Below, piece after piece: positions 28,204-37,198 of a stretch of 56,394 bases of DNA; position 1 is the stretch's first letter; each line of letters starts with the position of its first letter. The DNA lies in assembly GCA_011525755.1 (NCBI GenBank), contig WYBS01000066.1:1-56394 (forward strand), read 5' to 3'. The stretch is from Planctomycetaceae bacterium (GTDB lineage: Bacteria; Planctomycetota; PLA2). The position numbers were made by a program, and so were the translations under genes. The notes under the pieces are model-generated. The model worked only from the letters and a program-made list of their open reading frames with translations, was not told the DNA's origin and searched no databases.

Positions 28204-28749
28204 TCATACCCGGGAGCGCATCGCGGTTCCCCCCCCGCCCCCCTTCCTCGGAATCCAGAGCCCCACGCGCCGGCAGTACGCCTCGTACTCCTCCCCGAAC
28301 CTCGCGCGCAGGTGGCGCTCCTCGAACGGGCGGATCCCGAAGTGCCAGACGAGTGCCCCCGCGAGGCTGTAGGCGATGACGCCGTACGACCCCGCGAAGA
28401 ACCCGACCGCGCAGCCCTGCGCGATCCCCGCGACCGCCATCGGGTTCCGCACCACGCCGTACGGGCCCCGCACCACGAGCCGCCGCGGGTGGTCGAGCGG
28501 CAGCGGCGTCCCCTCGCCCGCGACCGCCATCGTGTACCCGCTCACGAGCCCGACGACGCTCGCGACCGCGAAGACCGCGGCGCCGAGCCACCGCTGCGGC
28601 GCGAACCCCGCGATGCCGAGCCGCGCCTCCGCGCCGACGATCAGCCACGGGAAGAGGAAGAGCAGCGTCCCCCAGAACACCACCACCTGCACCATCGTCT
28701 TCGCGACGTTCCAGTCGGGGCCCGCGGGACGCGCCTCCCTGAAGATCAT
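28204..28749 (-). CDS. isoprenylcysteine carboxyl methyltransferase (ICMT/PEMT) family membrane methyltransferase
   Basis: Start at MIFREARP. Multi-TM. C-terminal 'GPYGVVRNPMAVAG…RPFEERHLRARFGEEYEAY' ICMT signature. Confidence 0.75.
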   Translation of the reverse strand: MIFREARPAGPDWNVAKTMVQVVVFWGTLLFLFPWLIVGAEARLGIAGFAPQRWLGAAVFAVASVVGLVSGYTMAVAGEGTPLPLDHPRRLVVRGPYGVVRNPMAVAGIAQGCAVGFFAGSYGVIAYSLAGALVWHFGIRPFEERHLRARFGEEYEAYCRRVGLWIPRKGGGGGTAMRSRV

Positions 28750-29105
28750 GGGAGCCGCAGCGCGAAGAAGAGGGTCAGCGCGATCGCGGGCGCCATCAGC
28801 GCGGGCGCCGCCCACGCGCCGCCCGAGAGCAGGGCCGTGAGAAGGCAGTAGAGCGTCGCGTACGCGACCCCGCCGGCCGTGAACCAGAGCGCGGGCCGCG
28901 CCCACGGCCGCTCTCGGCGAAGGCCCAAGGCCGCCGCGAACGACCCGCCGATGATGATCGCCGCGTCCGGCAGCGCGTACGCATGGAGGGTGAATGGGGG
29001 GGCTCCGGGGGCCACGAAGAGCGCGCGGAAGTCCGGCCACGCGAGCACAAGGACCCACCAGAGGATCCCGAGGACCCCCTGCACACACAGCCAGATGACG
29101 GCCAT
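28746..29105 (-). CDS. small integral membrane protein, hypothetical
   Basis: ~120 aa with three or four TM helices (MAVIWLCVQGVLGILWWVLVLAW…). The ATG overlaps the upstream stop. Confidence 0.55.
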   Translation of the reverse strand: MAVIWLCVQGVLGILWWVLVLAWPDFRALFVAPGAPPFTLHAYALPDAAIIIGGSFAAALGLRRERPWARPALWFTAGGVAYATLYCLLTALLSGGAWAAPALMAPAIALTLFFALRLP

Positions 29106-30190
29106 CACCGCGGAGAGAGGATCCAGCCGAGGACCTGCTTCTTGTCCACGATCTCGAGCAGCCCCTTCCGCGCGGCCTCCTCGACGATCCGCGCGGCGTC
29201 CCCCGCGGCCCCCTGCTGCATCATCTGCATGGTCATCGCCTGCGGCGACTCGCCCGAGACCTCCCCCTGCATCTCCCGCACCTGCTCCTCGGCCTTTCGC
29301 CGCGCCTCCTCGACCTTCCGCTTCGTCTCCTCGACGAGCGGCTTCGCGAGCGCCTGCTGTTCCCCTGTGAGCCCCATCTCGAGCACGAACTCGCCGCCGC
29401 GCTCGTTCGGCCCGACGAGCGGCGGCAGCGCGTCGATGTAGCGGAGCTGCCCGGGCGTGAGGATCGTGTTCGCGCGCGCCACGATGGTCTTGAGCAGCTC
29501 CCCGACGCGGTCGACCGCGGCGTCGTGCTCGGGGCCCTGCTTGAGCCGCCGGATCTCCGCCGCGTCCGCCGCGCTCTCCGACTCGAACTCCGCGATCAGC
29601 GCGCGGATCTTCCCCGCCTGCGCGAGCGTGAGTCCGGGCACCTGGTAGACATGGCCCGGGAGGTCCGGCGGCCGGTGGTAAGGCTGCGGCAGGAGCGGGT
29701 GGATCGCGAGGCGCTGCTCCTCCGTGAGGACGGTGCCCACGACCCTCCAGTAGCGCTTCTCGATCTCCCGGACCTGCCGGTCGAAGCTCTCCTGGATCTG
29801 CCGCTTCGTCGTCTCGTCCCGGATCCCGGGGAGGAGCCGGTCGCGCTGGACGACGAGCGCCCATTCGGCCGCGAGGACCGCGGGGTGGAGGTGCTCGAGC
29901 AGCTCCTTCTGCCGCGGCGCGAGGTCGGGCGCCGCGAGCGGGATGTCGCTCGCGTAGCGCTCGACGAGGAGGGGCCCGGGGAGGAGACCCTCGATCCGCT
30001 CCGCGACGCGCGGGTCGACACCCGCCTCGACGAGCGCCTCCCGGACTCCTTCCGTGCGGCCGATGAGGCGCTCCCCGATCTCGCGGCGCTCCTTCGGGTA
30101 GAGGCCCGGGAGGAGCTCGATCTTCTCCGGCGTGAGCGGCGCGGCGGCCGTCCCGGCGACAAGCAGAAAAAACACGGAAAACCCGCGCAT
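29105..30190 (-). CDS. periplasmic LTXXQ-motif protein (Spy/CpxP family-like)
   Basis: Signal peptide MRGFSVFFLLVAGTAAA. Repeated LTxxQ motifs (LTEEQRLAI, LTPGQLRYI, LTGEQQALA). Confidence 0.65.
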   Translation of the reverse strand: MRGFSVFFLLVAGTAAAPLTPEKIELLPGLYPKERREIGERLIGRTEGVREALVEAGVDPRVAERIEGLLPGPLLVERYASDIPLAAPDLAPRQKELLEHLHPAVLAAEWALVVQRDRLLPGIRDETTKRQIQESFDRQVREIEKRYWRVVGTVLTEEQRLAIHPLLPQPYHRPPDLPGHVYQVPGLTLAQAGKIRALIAEFESESAADAAEIRRLKQGPEHDAAVDRVGELLKTIVARANTILTPGQLRYIDALPPLVGPNERGGEFVLEMGLTGEQQALAKPLVEETKRKVEEARRKAEEQVREMQGEVSGESPQAMTMQMMQQGAAGDAARIVEEAARKGLLEIVDKKQVLGWILSPR

Positions 30191-30326
30191 GAGGCGGTGA
30201 ATCGTACCTCCGCGGGCGCCCCGAAGTGACACCTGCGGGCGACGTATGTAGGGCGGCCACTCCGCCGCCCGCCCGCCGCGGGGGTCGCGGAGGGCAAGGG
30301 TCCGTTCCACCGAAAGGAGATCCCGC

Positions 30327-31091
30327 ATGCGTCTCGTCCTCCTCGCGCTCCTCCTCTCTTCTCTCCTCGCGGCGCCGGCCCGGGCGGAGAACTGCGCCTG
30401 GGCGCTGGCCCCCAACATCACGCCGCCCGACCTGCGGCTCGGCCGCGGCTCGGGGACGTCCTACCCGTCGCACTGGACCTGGCAGTACATCCTCCATGCC
30501 GACCACTTCGTGATCTACGGCGACATGAGCGCGAACACGCACCGCGCGACGACCAACCTGAGCGCGGCCGCGAGCGGCAACGCGACCTTCACGATCACGC
30601 GGATCATCGCGTGCCGTGCCCCCGCCGAGGACATCGAGGGGACCGCGCGGAATGAGTTCACGGCCCGCGCCGCGATCAACGACGACACCTACGCGCAGGC
30701 CTACGGCAGCCAGCGGATCAAGGCCGCCAAGATGGACCTCGAGTGCCACGCATGCGGCGGCGTCGAGGCGACCTCCAAGGGCCACGGGGACGGCAACTCC
30801 GGGACCTTCACGATCCAGGCCTATCCCGGCGGTCCCAGCATGGTGATCCACTGGTCCAAGGGCGGGTCGGTGGAGAAGGCGTTCCAGGACAGCGACGGCG
30901 GCACCGGGGGAAAGACGCCCGAGATCATCACGTGCCAGACCAACCTCAGCCTCTCCGTGTCGGTCGGCTGGTGGGATGACGCGGGCGAGGCGCAGATCAA
31001 GAATTCCAAGTCCGAGCTCAAGGTCTGGGGGACGTGCGACGGCTACTGCGGGGTCATCGTTCCGGTGATCGAGGCGTCGGTGGGATACTGA
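30327..31091 (+). CDS. secreted hypothetical protein (Cys-containing)
   Basis: AAGGAG Shine-Dalgarno sequence 7 nt upstream. Signal peptide MRLVLLALLLSSLLAAPARA. 254 aa. Confidence 0.7.
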   Translation: MRLVLLALLLSSLLAAPARAENCAWALAPNITPPDLRLGRGSGTSYPSHWTWQYILHADHFVIYGDMSANTHRATTNLSAAASGNATFTITRIIACRAPAEDIEGTARNEFTARAAINDDTYAQAYGSQRIKAAKMDLECHACGGVEATSKGHGDGNSGTFTIQAYPGGPSMVIHWSKGGSVEKAFQDSDGGTGGKTPEIITCQTNLSLSVSVGWWDDAGEAQIKNSKSELKVWGTCDGYCGVIVPVIEASVGY

Positions 31092-31111
31092 TACGCTCGA
31101 AGGAGGCGGGG

Positions 31112-32920
31112 ATGACTCGGCACGGTTGGTGGATCGCGGTCGCGGCGGCTCTCGTCGCCGTCGCCGCCGTCATTGCTCTCTTCGCGCGGGGCCCGGCGTC
31201 CGGCCGGGCCCCCGTCCAGGCCGGCGGCGCGTCGCGAGACGCGCGAAGCGACGCCGGCGAGGCCGCCCGCGGCGGTCTCGTGCGCGTGACCGTCGGCGTG
31301 CTGCCGGGGGGCGCGAGCCCGGAGTGGACGCTCGAGCTGCGCGACGCGGGGGATACGCTCCACGCGGAGCGCGGGACGGGCGAGCGCGAGTGCGTCCTCG
31401 GGCCGGTCGCCCCCGGCCGCGCGCTCCTCACGCTGCGGGCCCGTGGGTTCGTCGGCGAGAGCCGACGCCTCGAGATCGGGCCGGGGGAGATCACGATCCC
31501 CTTGGTGCTCCGCCAGTTCGGCCGCGTCTCCGGGCGCCTCCACCGCGACGGGATGCCCGTGGGCGCGGCGCTCGTCCGCCTCTCCATGCCGCGCGACTCC
31601 TTCCCGATGCTCATGCACCTCGCGGAGGAGGATCGCGTCTCCGAAATGACCTGGAGCGCCGAGTCGGACGGCGAGGGGCTCTACCGGTTCGATGGCGTGC
31701 CGCCGGCCGACGGGTACAGGCTCGTCGCCGCGGACTTCGACCACTCCCCGGCGCACGCGGGCCCGTTCGCGGTGAAGCCGGGCGAGGAGGCGATCGTGGA
31801 CATCGTCATGGTCGTGGGCTCGCACCTCGCCGGCCGGATCGTGGATTCGCGCGGCGGCCCCTGTGCGGGGACGACCGTTCACGTCTACGTGAAGTCCGCG
31901 AAGCTCCCGATGGTCGGCTGGATGGACGAGGCGCGCGCCCGCACGGACGACGACGGCCGCTTCGTCACTCCGGCGCTCACGGGCTCCGCGACGCGGATGC
32001 TGAAGGCATGGGTCGCGGTGGACGGCGTGCAGGAGATCATCCAGCACGAGACGGACCCGCCCGAGCGGGGGACGAAGGACGTCGGCACGCTCGCGCCGAC
32101 GCCCGGGATCGTCCTCTTCGAGGCGGAGAGCATGACGGGCAACGGGCCGTTCAAGATGACCGTCGTCGTGAACGGGGATCCGCCCGGGGTCGGGCAATCG
32201 GTCATCGTGAACGACCTCGCCTTCGATCGCGAGGGGCGTGCGCGCGTCATGGGCTTTCCGGCCGGCGAAGGCGTCTACTGCGTCACGAATGCGGACGGCC
32301 GGTCCGTCGCCGAAGGGACGTTCCGGACGACCGGGCGGGACGTGGTCGTGAAGATCCCCGCGTTTGTCGAGCCCGCGCCGCGACCGCCGAAGCCGGAGGA
32401 GAGCCTCGTCGTCGAGGTCGCGGACACCGGCGAGGATGCGATCGTCGTGCTCATCGGCGAGGGCGAGTTCCTCATGTGGCGCCAGGTCCGGAGGGACGAC
32501 CGCTCCCCGGTCATCGAGCGCGTCCCGCCGGGACGCTATACGCTGCACGTGACCGCGGGCGACCGCTACTCGCAGCAGGAGGTGACGCAGGTCAAGGGGC
32601 AGGACCTGAAGCTGTCCGTCATCCCCGACCGCATCGGCAGGTCCCTCACCCTCCTCGTGCTCCAGGACGGCAGGCCCGTCCCGGGCGCGCGGGTCCAGCT
32701 GCGCGGGTTCAGGGCGGGGGCGAGGGGCCTTCGCGCGCCCTGGGCCGAGGGCGGCGAGGACGGGCGCGTCGTGCTCCGGGGGCTGCCCGCGGACGTGACC
32801 GTGCTGGCCGCCACGGTCCTCAACAAGGAGGGCCAGGGGCGCACCTACCCGGCCATCGAGGTCACGGATGCGGGCGAGGCGACCGTGGACCTCGCGAAGG
32901 CGCCGGACGAGCAGCGCTGA
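31112..32920 (+). CDS. membrane-anchored protein with multiple carboxypeptidase-regulatory-like domains
   Basis: GGAGG Shine-Dalgarno sequence. N-terminal TM helix (WWIAVAAALVAVAAVIALF). 'GRVSGRLHRDGMPVGAALVRL', 'LAGRIVDSRGGPCAGTTVHV', 'TDDDGRFV' repeats. Confidence 0.7.
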   Translation: MTRHGWWIAVAAALVAVAAVIALFARGPASGRAPVQAGGASRDARSDAGEAARGGLVRVTVGVLPGGASPEWTLELRDAGDTLHAERGTGERECVLGPVAPGRALLTLRARGFVGESRRLEIGPGEITIPLVLRQFGRVSGRLHRDGMPVGAALVRLSMPRDSFPMLMHLAEEDRVSEMTWSAESDGEGLYRFDGVPPADGYRLVAADFDHSPAHAGPFAVKPGEEAIVDIVMVVGSHLAGRIVDSRGGPCAGTTVHVYVKSAKLPMVGWMDEARARTDDDGRFVTPALTGSATRMLKAWVAVDGVQEIIQHETDPPERGTKDVGTLAPTPGIVLFEAESMTGNGPFKMTVVVNGDPPGVGQSVIVNDLAFDREGRARVMGFPAGEGVYCVTNADGRSVAEGTFRTTGRDVVVKIPAFVEPAPRPPKPEESLVVEVADTGEDAIVVLIGEGEFLMWRQVRRDDRSPVIERVPPGRYTLHVTAGDRYSQQEVTQVKGQDLKLSVIPDRIGRSLTLLVLQDGRPVPGARVQLRGFRAGARGLRAPWAEGGEDGRVVLRGLPADVTVLAATVLNKEGQGRTYPAIEVTDAGEATVDLAKAPDEQR

Positions 32921-32963
32921 GGACGGGGCCACGACGGCGCAGGCGCCCCGCCGCGAGGGTCTC

Positions 32964-33773
32964 TCACCCCCGCGCGAGCGCGCGGACCTCGTCCGCGAGC
33001 GCGAGGTTCGTCGAGATCGCGCTGCCGCCGCGGTGGGTGGCCGCGCCGGCGAAGTCCGTGAAGCGGCCGCCCGCCTCCTCGACGATGGGCTGGAGCGCGG
33101 CGCAGTCCCAGATGGCCATGATCGGGTCGAGCATGATCTCCGCGCGCCCCGTCGCGACGAGCACGTGGCCGTAGCAGTCGCTCCAGCCCCGTTCGGTCGC
33201 CACTCGCTGCCGCACGCGCTGGTAGAAGTCGGCATGGCCGCTCCGCTCGAAGCCGCGCGGCGACGTCGTGCAGAAGAGCGCCCGGTCGAGCCGGTCGACG
33301 GCCGAGACGCGCGCCCTGGCGGTGGTCTCGCTTCCGCCGAGACCGAGACCGCGTGCCCACCATGCGCCCTCGCCGCGCGCGGCGAAGGCCGCCTCGCGCA
33401 GCGCGGGGAGGCAGACGACGCCAAGCGCGGCGGCGCCGTGGACCTCGAGCGCGACGAGCGTCCCGTAGAGAGGGACCCCGTGCATGAACGACCTCGTCCC
33501 ATCGATCGGGTCGAGGATCCAGCGGCGGCCGCTCGTGCCGTGCCGCTCCCCGGACTCCTCGCCGACGATTCCGTCGTCGGGGAACGTGCCGCGGATCCGA
33601 TCCACGAGCAGCCGCTCCGCTTCCCGGTCGGCGCGCGTCACGGGCGTGCCGTCCCCCTTCGTCTCGACGCCGAGCCGCTCGCTTCCGAACCAGTCGAGCG
33701 TCGCGGCGCCGGCCTCGCGAGCGATGGCGAGGGCGAAGGCGAGTTCCCGGCTCAAGCGCGAGAAGCCTAGCAC
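32964..33773 (-). CDS. inositol monophosphatase family protein (possibly histidinol-phosphatase HisN-like)
   Basis: 'GIVGEESG' and 'WILDPIDGTRSF' metal-binding motifs. 'WDCAAL' motif. Confidence 0.85.
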   Translation of the reverse strand: MLGFSRLSRELAFALAIAREAGAATLDWFGSERLGVETKGDGTPVTRADREAERLLVDRIRGTFPDDGIVGEESGERHGTSGRRWILDPIDGTRSFMHGVPLYGTLVALEVHGAAALGVVCLPALREAAFAARGEGAWWARGLGLGGSETTARARVSAVDRLDRALFCTTSPRGFERSGHADFYQRVRQRVATERGWSDCYGHVLVATGRAEIMLDPIMAIWDCAALQPIVEEAGGRFTDFAGAATHRGGSAISTNLALADEVRALARG

Positions 33774-33866
33774 GTCCCCCCTTCCCCCGCCTTCCCCCTT
33801 CGCCCGCCGGAAAACGGAGCGGGCGGCCTTGATCGGCCGCCCGCCCTCGGGAAGTCCGTTCGAAGC

Positions 33867-36017
33867 CTACTCGTCGTGGCCGCCGCGCACGAAGTAGACC
33901 GGGGCGATCGAGATCGCGACCGGCCGCGGGACGTTGACGAAGTTCGGCGGCGGGTTGAAGAGCAGGTTGAAGTCGAACCGCATGTTGCCGCGCTTGAAAC
34001 CCGCGTCGACGGCCGACGTGCCGTCGCTCCGCGGCTTGATGTACGTCTCGAGGATGCGGTCGTTGGAGACGATCCCGCCGAGGCGCCGCAGCGATTCCTT
34101 CTTGAATGCGGACGACTTGTAGTTCGTCTGGTTGTAGGCCTGCTCGCGCTCCTTCTCCTCGGCCGTGAGGCCGTAGTAGATGTCCTTGATCGGCTCGCCG
34201 GTCGTGTCGATCTGGAAGCCGTCGATGCCGACCCGGCCGGCCGCCGAGAGCAGCGTGGCGTTGATCTCGGCCTGCGTGGGCATGCTGTTCGTGAGCAGCA
34301 GGTCATCGCGCGCGATGATGCCGAGGACGCTGTTGCCCTTGTAGTTCTCGTTGCGCTGGTATGGCATCGTGTAGTCGCCCCCGTTGAGCATCGCCGTCCG
34401 GCCGGCGTCGTCCACGTAGCGGAGGTTGCCGGTGATGCGCACCTTCTCGTTGCCGACGATCGTGAGGCGGCCGTTGAGGTCGCCGCTGAGCTTCGTGATG
34501 CGGCCGTCGATGAAAATCGTGTTCGCCGTCTCGCCCAGGCCGACGGTCGTCGTGCTCACGAGCGCGGGCGCGACGTACGTCTTCTCCGTCCACGTGTTGG
34601 TCACGGACTCGTAGATGGGGACCTGCTTCTCGACCTCGACGTCCTGCGTCTGGTAGACCGGCACGTCGATGTAGTAGGTCTCCGTGGTGTAGGTGGCGAC
34701 CTGGCGCGTGCGCGTCTCGGTCGTGCTCCCCACCTGCACCCGCTCGGTCGTCGTGTAGGTCTCGGTCGTGTAGCCCGTGATGACGCTCTTCTCGCAGGCG
34801 TACTCCTCGGTCACCCACACGTACTCGCCGGCGAGGCCGTCGCCGCCGCCGCCGACCGCCGTGCCGCCGCCCGCGCCGTCGTCATAGGGGACGAAGATGC
34901 GGACCTGCCGCGTGCACGTCGTCGTGACCGTCGAGTAGATCGGGACCTGCCGCGTCTTTTCGACCTCGCGGTACTCGTAGACCGGCACCGTGACCGTGTA
35001 CGTCTCGGTCGTGTAGCCGGTGACCACCTGGCGCGTGCGCTGCTCCTGCGTCGTGCCGACCTGCACCTGCTGCTGCTCGATGACCGTCTGCGTCTCGTAT
35101 CCCACGACCACCTGGGTCGTGGAGGTCTTCGTGACCGTGTCATACCGCGGCGGCGTGTACTGTCGGATTCGCGCCGTCCCGTCCGCGAAGAGCTGGATCT
35201 CGGCGTCGAGGCCCGCCTCGCCGCGGAACGTGTTGGCCTTCGTCGCGAGGTCCTCGAAGTTGACCTCGTCGAGGCTGATCAGCTGCGCCTCCGGGTTGCC
35301 CGTGGCGATGTTCGTGTTCCCGGACGTGGCGCCGGCCTCGTAGGCGAAGCCGTTCACCGCGGAGACCGAGTCGACGTAGTTGCCGTTCGGGAAGTAGAAG
35401 GCGAGCGAGTCGTTCGAGTGGATGAGCCCGCGGGGCGCGCCCGACACGCCGAGCGTGTGGCGGTTCTGGAAGAACACGAACGAGCTGAAGGGCTCGTTCT
35501 CGCGCACGAGGGCCGAGAGCAGGCGGGTCGTGTCGCCCGCGCGGCCGTCGGCCTCGAGCACGTAGTAGCTCTGCGAGAGCCCGGCCGGATCGACGTCGTC
35601 GATCTCGTTCCCCTTCAGCTGGGCGAGCCGCTTGATGTACTCGCGGGCGCGGTAGACGCGCACGTCGGTGCCCTCGATCTTGCCGTGGAGGACGCCCGCC
35701 GGATCCTTCAGCCACTCCTCCTCGGGCGGCGCCTCGCCGGCGATCGTGCCGCCGTGCTTGCCGCCGATCGCGTCGAGCAGCTCGATGTTCTGGTTCTCGT
35801 CGTTGTAGGCGCTCGTGTTGATGACGTTGAGCGCCATCTGGATCTTCGCGTAAGCCTCGTTGTACGCGCGGGATTCCTGCTCGAGCACGGTCTGGTGGCG
35901 CGCCTCGGTCACGACGCGCCCCGAGCTCAAAGCAGCAAGCCCGGCGATGGCGGTGGCGAGGAACACGACGACCAGGAGGATCGTCCCGCGCTCCTCAGCC
36001 CTCCGGATACCTCTCAT
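33867..36017 (-). CDS. PilX N-terminal domain protein with Thr/Tyr-rich tandem repeats (type IV pilus-associated, large secreted)
   Basis: N-terminal 'ERGTILLVVVFLATAIAGLAALSSGRVVTEARHQTVLEQESRAYNEAYAKIQMAL' matches the PilX_N pattern. Two tandem ~60-aa repeats (TGYTTETYT…VPVYEYREVEKTRQVPIYSTVT). Confidence 0.65.
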   Translation of the reverse strand: MRGIRRAEERGTILLVVVFLATAIAGLAALSSGRVVTEARHQTVLEQESRAYNEAYAKIQMALNVINTSAYNDENQNIELLDAIGGKHGGTIAGEAPPEEEWLKDPAGVLHGKIEGTDVRVYRAREYIKRLAQLKGNEIDDVDPAGLSQSYYVLEADGRAGDTTRLLSALVRENEPFSSFVFFQNRHTLGVSGAPRGLIHSNDSLAFYFPNGNYVDSVSAVNGFAYEAGATSGNTNIATGNPEAQLISLDEVNFEDLATKANTFRGEAGLDAEIQLFADGTARIRQYTPPRYDTVTKTSTTQVVVGYETQTVIEQQQVQVGTTQEQRTRQVVTGYTTETYTVTVPVYEYREVEKTRQVPIYSTVTTTCTRQVRIFVPYDDGAGGGTAVGGGGDGLAGEYVWVTEEYACEKSVITGYTTETYTTTERVQVGSTTETRTRQVATYTTETYYIDVPVYQTQDVEVEKQVPIYESVTNTWTEKTYVAPALVSTTTVGLGETANTIFIDGRITKLSGDLNGRLTIVGNEKVRITGNLRYVDDAGRTAMLNGGDYTMPYQRNENYKGNSVLGIIARDDLLLTNSMPTQAEINATLLSAAGRVGIDGFQIDTTGEPIKDIYYGLTAEEKEREQAYNQTNYKSSAFKKESLRRLGGIVSNDRILETYIKPRSDGTSAVDAGFKRGNMRFDFNLLFNPPPNFVNVPRPVAISIAPVYFVRGGHDE

Positions 36018-36193
36018 GTTGCAACTCCTTGCCTTGAAGGAGACCCCAAACCCCGGCGCACCCGGGCTCCGCCCCGGATGCGCCGAGGGAAGAGTCCCAC
36101 TCCGGCGGGGGAAGGCAAACGCGCGGGCGTCTCAGTGCGGGACAACCCGTCCGGGATGGGGAAGGGGAAGGGCTCTCGGGAGGGGGAAGGGGC

Positions 36194-36631
36194 CTACGCG
36201 GCGCGCCGCCGGAGGCGCAAGAGCGCGAGACCGAGGAGGGCCGTCCCCGCGACCATCAGGCCCGCCGGCAGGCCGTCGCCGGTCCGGTAGATCTTCCCGA
36301 TGCGTTCGATCGCGCGCCGGAGGCCGGGCGTCGCGTCGACGAGCGGGGCGACCAGGTGGTTCACGACGAGGAACAGGAGCCCCACGAAGAAGAGGATCTC
36401 CCCCCAAAGGAGGAGCCGGAAGATCGCTCCCCGGCCGAGCGCTCCCGCCGCGACCTCGAGCGTGACGACCACCAAGGCGGCGGAGCCGAGGCTCACCGCG
36501 ACCCCCGGCAGCGCGACCTGCCGGAGGACCGCGAGCTCGCCCGTGCCCAGGCAGACGGCCGCGAGGCCGATGAGCCACCCGAGGAACCCGACCGCCGTGC
36601 CGACGTAGGCTCCGACGCCTATCTTCTCCAT
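36194..36631 (-). CDS. small integral membrane protein, hypothetical
   Basis: 145 aa with four predicted TM helices. Downstream of MOSC on the same strand. Confidence 0.5.
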   Translation of the reverse strand: MEKIGVGAYVGTAVGFLGWLIGLAAVCLGTGELAVLRQVALPGVAVSLGSAALVVVTLEVAAGALGRGAIFRLLLWGEILFFVGLLFLVVNHLVAPLVDATPGLRRAIERIGKIYRTGDGLPAGLMVAGTALLGLALLRLRRRAA

Positions 36632-36707
36632 GCACCCGTCTCCGGTGCGGGCCGTCGGGACACGCCCCGCGCGTCGCTTCAGGGTACCACCGCGGCGGAC
36701 TCGCGCC

Positions 36708-37142
36708 TCACCCCGCCCATTCGACGGGGTCGCCCGCTGCGATCCCGCCGCCCGTGACGACCTCGGCGAAGACGCCGCCGCCCCAGCGCGCCCGCATCGC
36801 CTCGCGGAGGCCGGGCAATGCCTCGTCCATCCGCTCGCACGGGCGGGTCTCGCCGCGCACGCGCAGCACGCAGCAGCCGACGCGGAGGATCCGCCCGCGG
36901 CTCTCCGCGAGGTCGATCTCCGAGACGAGAAGGTTCGCGCGGCGAACCAGGGGGTCGATGTTCGCGCCGAGCTCCGCCATGATCTCCGCCCACCGCTCCG
37001 CGGAGAGGATCGTCACCTGGCGACGGCCACCGCGGTCGGCGTTGCCGTCGATGCCGGAGCCCGCGATGAGCGTGGCGCGAGGCACGTCCACCGTGGGGGC
37101 GCGGCGCCTGCGCTTGATCCAGATCCGCTCGAGACGGGGCAT
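36708..37142 (-). CDS. MOSC domain protein
   Basis: Start at MPRLERIW. 'GDNLLVSEIDL…GETRPCERM' MOSC beta-barrel signature with the conserved Cys. Confidence 0.75.
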   Translation of the reverse strand: MPRLERIWIKRRRRAPTVDVPRATLIAGSGIDGNADRGGRRQVTILSAERWAEIMAELGANIDPLVRRANLLVSEIDLAESRGRILRVGCCVLRVRGETRPCERMDEALPGLREAMRARWGGGVFAEVVTGGGIAAGDPVEWAG

Positions 37143-37198
37143 TCCTCTCCGCTTCGGCGAGGCCGCCCGCGGCGGGCCGGCCTGCCCCCGGACCCCCT

